A stretch of 64,000 nt of DNA from Macrostomum lignano (lineage: Eukaryota): the NCBI GenBank assembly GCA_002269645.1, contig NIVC01000130.1:1-64000 (forward strand), read 5' to 3'. The position numbers were made by a program, and so were the translations under genes. The notes beneath the pieces were generated by a model. That model did not search any database. It saw only the letters and a list, made by a program, of their open reading frames with translations, and was not told the origin of the DNA. Each line of letters begins with the position of its first letter. Position 1 is the stretch's first letter. Shown here in pieces: positions 60,101-64,000 of the stretch.

Positions 60101-62974
60101 CTGGCGCGGCCGCAATCGCACTGGGCAAAATCTCCCTCGGCAATCTGGGCGCTTTCGTGCCGTACATTCTTAATAGAATTGGCGGAGTTAGCGGCAGTTC
60201 GGAGGCGCGCAATCATTATTTCATGTTGCACGCGCTTAAAGAGATTATCTCGCACGTGGCCGCCGCAGGCGCAGGCGCCAATTTTGCGCCATTGCAGCCG
60301 CACGTACCACAAATTTGGTCGCTACTTGAGCGCAGCGCTTTATCTACTGAGGAGGGAGCGCGCAATCTCGTGTCCGAGTCTCTGGGCAAACTGGCTCTGC
60401 TAGACTCGGCTGGCCTGCTGCCTAGACTGAGCGAGCTGCTCACCGCCTCTGGGTGAGTCCGGGCTTACTTTCCTTATCTGCCTGTCTATTATCTGGTCTC
60501 TTTATTGGCTCTGACGGCAGTATGAACCTTCAATTAAACTCTTGCACGTATAAGTAGTGTCTTGGTACTCGGTGACTCTTAATGGTGATGACCTCAGTAC
60601 CCTGTACTCTAGAGATGATGGATGATGGGTCATGACCTCAGTACCCTGTACTCTAGAGATGATGGATGATGGGTCATGACCTCAGTACCCTGTACTCTAG
60701 AGATGATGGATGATGGGTCATGACCTCAGTACCCTGTACTCTAGAGATGATGGATGATGGGTCATGACCTCAGTACCCTGTACTCTAGAGATGATGGATG
60801 ATGGGTCATGACCTCAGTACCCTGTACTCTAGAGATGATGGATGATGGGTCATGACCTCAGTACCCTGTACTCTAGAGATGATGGGTCATGACCTCAGTA
60901 CCCTGTACTCTAGAGATGATGGGTCATGACCTCAGTACCCTGTACTCTAGAGATGATGGGTCATGACCTCAGTACCCTGTACTCTAGAGATGATGGGTCA
61001 TGACCTCAGTACCCTGTACTCTAGAGATGATGGGTCATGACCTCAGTACCCTGTACTCTAGAGATGATGGGTCATGACCTCAGTACCCTGTACTCTAGAG
61101 ATGATGGGTCATGACCTCAGTGCCCTGTACTCTAGAGATGATGGGTCATGACCTCAGTGCCATATTTACATGTAATCAATGACAGGTCATGACATCAGTG
61201 GTGATGTTTTACACAGCGTACATGCATTCATAAAGCCGTCATATCCCTTCCCTTATAAACATCCAGCGACTCGCCTCTAATGCTAAGCACAGTGCTGACC
61301 GCCATCAAGTTCTGCTTCATACCGCAAGCCCATCCAGCTGATCGACAGTTGAAAGCTTTGGTGCCTCGAATCATCGACTGTTTGGGCCACGCCGACCTCA
61401 CCGTTAGACGGGCCGCCTTAGTCGCTATCAATACTGGCGTGCACAATAAGACAGCTCTGATTCGTGACCACCTGGACACTCTGCTGCCCAGAATCTACAA
61501 GGGCACGGCTGTTGACGAATCGCTGATTCGAGTCATCAATATGGGCCCGTTCTCGCATAAGGAGGACGCTGGCCTTGACCTGAGAAAGGTGACGATTTCT
61601 ACTGAGTTTATGCTGTACCAGCCTCCCAGATCCTCAGTTGCTGGGCCAGCCTCCCAGATCCTCAGTTGCTGGGCCAGCCTCCCAGATCCTCAGTTGCTGG
61701 GCCAGCCTCCCAGATCCTCAGTTGCTGGGCCAGCCTCCCAGATCCTCAGTTGCTGGGCCAGCCTCCCAGATCCACAGTCGCTGGGCCAGCCTCCCAGATG
61801 CCCAGTTGCTGTACCAGCCTCCCAGAGTGTCAGTTGCTGGGCCAGCCTCACAGAGTGTCAGTTGCTGGGCCAGCCTCCCAGAGTGTCAGTTGCTGGGCCA
61901 GCCTCCCAGAGTGTCAGTTGCTGGGCCAGCCTCCCAGATCCTCAGTTGCTGGGCCAGCCTCCCAGATCCACAGTCGCTGGGCCAGCCTCCCAGAGTGTCA
62001 GTTGCTGGGCCAGCCTCCCAGAGTGTCAGTTGCTGGGCCAGCCTCCCAGAGTGTCAGTTGCTGGGCCAGCCTCCCAGAGTGTCAGTTGCTGGGCCAGCCT
62101 CCCAGAGTGTCAGTTGCTGGGCCAGCCTCCCAGTGTGTCAGTTGCTGGGCCAGCCTCCCAGAGTGTCAGTTGCTGGGCCAGCCTCCCAGATCCTCAGTTG
62201 CTGGGCCAGCCTCCCAGAGTGTCAGTTGCTGGGCCAGCCTCCCAGAGTGTCAGTTGCTGGGCCAGCCTCCCAGATCCTCAGTTGCTGGGCCGGCCTCCCA
62301 GAGTGTCAGTTACTGTGCCAGCCTTCCAGAGTGTCAGTTACTGTGCCAGCCTCCCAGAGTGTCAGTTGCTGGGCCAGCCTCCCAGAGTGTCAGTTGCTGG
62401 GCCAGCCTCCCAGATCCTTGATAAAAACGGCAGTCTCGCCAATTGTCTCTTCCAGGTGACATTCGAGTGCCTGTACACCCTTGTGGAGCACTGCGTCGAC
62501 CGTATCGACCTGTTCACCTTCATCCAACACATCGAGGTCGGCCTAAAAGATGTGGCAGACATTCGAATCCTGTGCTTCCTCATCCTTGAGCGGCTGTGCA
62601 GCCGAGCGCCCAGCACGGTATTTGCCGCCACCGAGGCCCTCGTGCCAGCGATTCGGGCCACATTTGCCGAGAAATCCACGGAGAAATCCGTTAGAGCTGA
62701 ATTAGACAAACAAATCGAACTGAAACACGCTGCTATGCGAGTGTTCCTGTGCTTAGCTAAACTTGGCGAATCCAAGGCTGTTCAGGATTGCACCCAGATG
62801 ATCATGTCCGATAGAGGCGGCCTAACTGTCTCGGCCGCCCAGCAGCACCAGCTGCAGCTGCATCAGTCGGGCCAGCAGGGTTCACAGCAGCAAGCGGCCG
62901 CATCGTCTACGACTGTTGTTAGCCTCTACCAGCTCTACCTTACCGTTGAAAAAGAGTTGGCCAGTCAGAATTGA
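45191..62974 (+). CDS. CAND1: Cullin-associated NEDD8-dissociated protein 1 (TIP120), 14 exons, 1347 aa
   Basis: Exons 45191-45241, 50556-50747, 50861-51004, 51688-52005, 53216-53726, 54295-54643, 55360-55689, 56216-56381, 56763-56862, 56967-57295, 58820-59106, 60027-60452, 61267-61588, 62456-62974; 4044 nt, all GT-AG and in phase. Motifs YQISNLLDK|[74 protein letters not shown]|VTFECLYTL. The exon 11 acceptor is the least certain. Confidence 0.95.
45466..45844. mobile_element. MULE-type MITE in CAND1 intron 1
   Basis: TIR GGCAGTTGTTATTT...AAATAACAACTGCC; perfect 9-bp TSD ATACTATAA. Confidence 0.88.
46102..46399 (-). mobile_element. MITE, CATACATGCGCAAC family (opposite orientation to 20233-20530)
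   Basis: Perfect 14-bp TIR; TSD TATTTTTA / TATTTATA (7/8); highly similar to the reverse complement of the 20233 copy. Confidence 0.9.
46493..47084. mobile_element. MULE-type MITE with ~150-bp TIRs in CAND1 intron 1
   Basis: TIR GGCAGTGCTTATCCCCACGGTACCGTAGGAATAATTTCTGTCTT...; perfect 9-bp TSD TAAAAATAA. Confidence 0.92.
47474..47790. mobile_element. hAT-like MITE
   Basis: TIR TAGAGATGTCCCGAAA...TTTCGGAACATCTCTA (15/16); 8-bp flanks match only 5/8. Confidence 0.6.
48515..49040 (+). repeat. Three tandem copies of a ~177-bp unit in CAND1 intron 1
   Basis: ATTCCC anchors at 48515, 48691 and 48870 (176 and 179 bp). Confidence 0.92.
51020..51620 (+). repeat. 40/41-bp minisatellite, CAND1 intron 3
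   Basis: Unit TCACTGCATCCAATCTAGT(T)GCTCAGGGACTCAATAATTGG. Confidence 0.95.
52225..53125 (+). repeat. 31/33-bp minisatellite, CAND1 intron 4
   Basis: Unit GAGATCCCTATCATCCCATATCCTCAAGTTT. Confidence 0.95.
53878..54205 (+). repeat. 20/21-bp minisatellite, CAND1 intron 5
   Basis: Units CATAGGGTGTGTACATCTCGG and CATAGGGTGTGTACACTTGG. Confidence 0.95.
54700..55100 (+). repeat. Degenerate TGTCTGTAGATT repeat, CAND1 intron 6
   Basis: Many imperfect copies of (TG)TCTGTAGATTAG/GG. Confidence 0.75.
56430..56509 (-). tRNA. tRNA-Leu(AAG), antisense in CAND1 intron 8
   Basis: Minus strand GGTAGCGTGGCCGAGCGGTCTAAGGCGCTGGTTTAAGGCACCAGTCCGAAAGGGCGTGGGTTCGAATCCCACCGCTGCCA: intact A/B boxes, anticodon stem CTGGT/ACCAG, loop TTAAGGC, long variable arm, T5 terminator just downstream. 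Confidence 0.96.
56620..56712 (+). repeat. 20-bp minisatellite, CAND1 intron 8
   Basis: Unit GCGCCCAGGTGCCTTTCATG, ~4.5 copies. Confidence 0.92.
57415..58790 (+). repeat. 31-bp minisatellite, CAND1 intron 10
   Basis: Unit GATTGTCTGTAGATTAGACTGTCCG(A/G)TATCA, ~43 copies. Confidence 0.97.
59180..59995 (+). repeat. 31/32-bp minisatellite, CAND1 intron 11
   Basis: Unit GGGATCGGATTAGCCTAGAGCCTGTGGGGTGT. Confidence 0.96.
60590..61160 (+). repeat. 44/37-bp minisatellite, CAND1 intron 12
   Basis: Unit ATGACCTCAGTACCCTGTACTCTAGAGATGATG(GATGATG)GGTC; long units first, short units after. Confidence 0.96.
61615..62415 (+). repeat. 28-bp minisatellite, CAND1 intron 13
   Basis: Unit CAGCCTCCCAGA(GTG/TCC)TCAGTTGCTGGGC; stop-free in all three + frames. 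Confidence 0.96.
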
Positions 62975-63094
62975 TTTTTGTTTAGTTTTTATGGAAACAA
63001 ATACTTTGAATTAATTAATCGAGGCACTTGGAACTTCTCTGACGCCCTTTTTGAATGGGCGACAATATAAGTGAAAAAGTGTAAGGATTTCATT

Positions 63095-63850
63095 TAGAAG
63101 TCACCTGTTAACGGGTGGTTCATTTAGAGGTCCTTGTAGGACGGATGGTTCATTTAGAGGTCCTTGTAGGACGGATGGTTCATTTAGAGGTCCTTGTAGG
63201 ACGGGTGGTTCATTTAGAGGTCCTTGTAGGACGGATGGTTCATTTAGAGGTCCTTGTAGGACGGGTGGTTCATTTAGAGGTCCTTGTAGGACGGATGGTT
63301 CATTTAGAGGTCCTTGTAGGACGGATGGTTCATTTAGAGGTCCTTGTAGGACGGATGGTTCATTTAGAGGTCCTTGAAGGACGGATGGTTCATTTAGAGG
63401 TCCTTGTAGGACGGATGGTTCATTTAGAGGTCCTTGTAGGACGGGTGGTTCATTTAGAGGTCCTTGTAGGACGGATGGTTCATTTAGAGGTCCTTGTAGG
63501 ACGGGTGGTTCATTTAGAGGTCCTTGTAGGACGGATGGTTCATTTAGAGGTCCTTGTAGGACGGATGGTTCATTTAGAGGTCCTTGTAGGACGGGTGGTT
63601 CATTTAGAGGTCCTTGTAGGACGGATGGTTCATTTAGAGGTCCTTGTAGGACGGATGGTTCATTTAGAGGTCCTTGTAGGACGGATGGTTCATTTAGAGG
63701 TCCTTGTAGGACGGAGGGTACACTTAGAGGTCCTTTTAGGACGGCGGGTACACTTAGAGGTTCTTGTAGAACGGAGGGTTGATGGAAAGATCCCTGTAGA
63801 ACGGAGGAAGGTCAAGATGGAAGGCTCATTTAGAGGTCCCTGTAGGAGGT
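63095..63850 (+). repeat. 30-bp minisatellite downstream of CAND1
   Basis: Unit GGTTCATTTAGAGGTCCTTGTAGGACGG(A/G)T, ~21 near-perfect copies, then degenerate. Confidence 0.97.
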
Positions 63851-64000
63851 AGGGTTGATTTAGAAGTCCTAGAAGGTCCTTAATGTTTTAAAGTCCTACG
63901 CACGTTTACTGCGAATTGCTATCTCGGAGTGGGGATCAGTAGCTGTTCATGTTGAATCGGAAAGGAATGAGTTGATATTCAATTTATCAAGAAGTGAAAC

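Noticed and set aside
45242-62455. Introner-type (TE-generated) origin for all CAND1 introns
   Set aside because: The introns share no TIRs or sequence family; AG|GT matches at several junctions fit ordinary proto-splice bias. Only intron 13 shows a longer duplication.
63115-63852. 245-aa MVHLEVLVGR repeat protein
   Set aside because: Pure translation of a 30-bp minisatellite with no flanking unique coding sequence or splice support.
1-64000. Species or phylum assignment
   Set aside because: Gene content shows only a eukaryote, probably a fast-evolving invertebrate; nothing in the window allows a supported finer call without a search.

Overview
Eukaryotic (most likely invertebrate metazoan) nuclear DNA: AT-rich, with spliceosomal GT-AG introns and no prokaryotic signatures. 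The left ~39 kb is a nested transposon and satellite block. It holds (i) a Mutator-type (Rehavkus-like) gene with transposase, Ulp1/C48 protease and PHD finger (4566-12005), whose first intron carries a Gypsy relic that itself carries a foldback element; (ii) a 20/24-bp satellite split into three pieces by two CCCTAG-ended elements with TA target-site duplications (TSDs), the larger encoding a frameshifted EnSpm/CMC transposase and an intact 7-exon orphan gene; (iii) a third CCC...GGG element whose ends have expanded into 42-bp and 81/82-bp arrays; and (iv) many MITEs with 8- or 9-bp TSDs. The right ~25 kb holds two host genes on the + strand: SMARCE1/BAF57 (3 coding exons, 417 aa) and CAND1 (14 exons, 1347 aa), with a tRNA-Leu(AAG) antisense in CAND1 intron 8. 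Most introns of these two genes are filled with their own unrelated minisatellite. All gene models were assembled and phase-checked by hand; family names come from motif recognition, not database searches.
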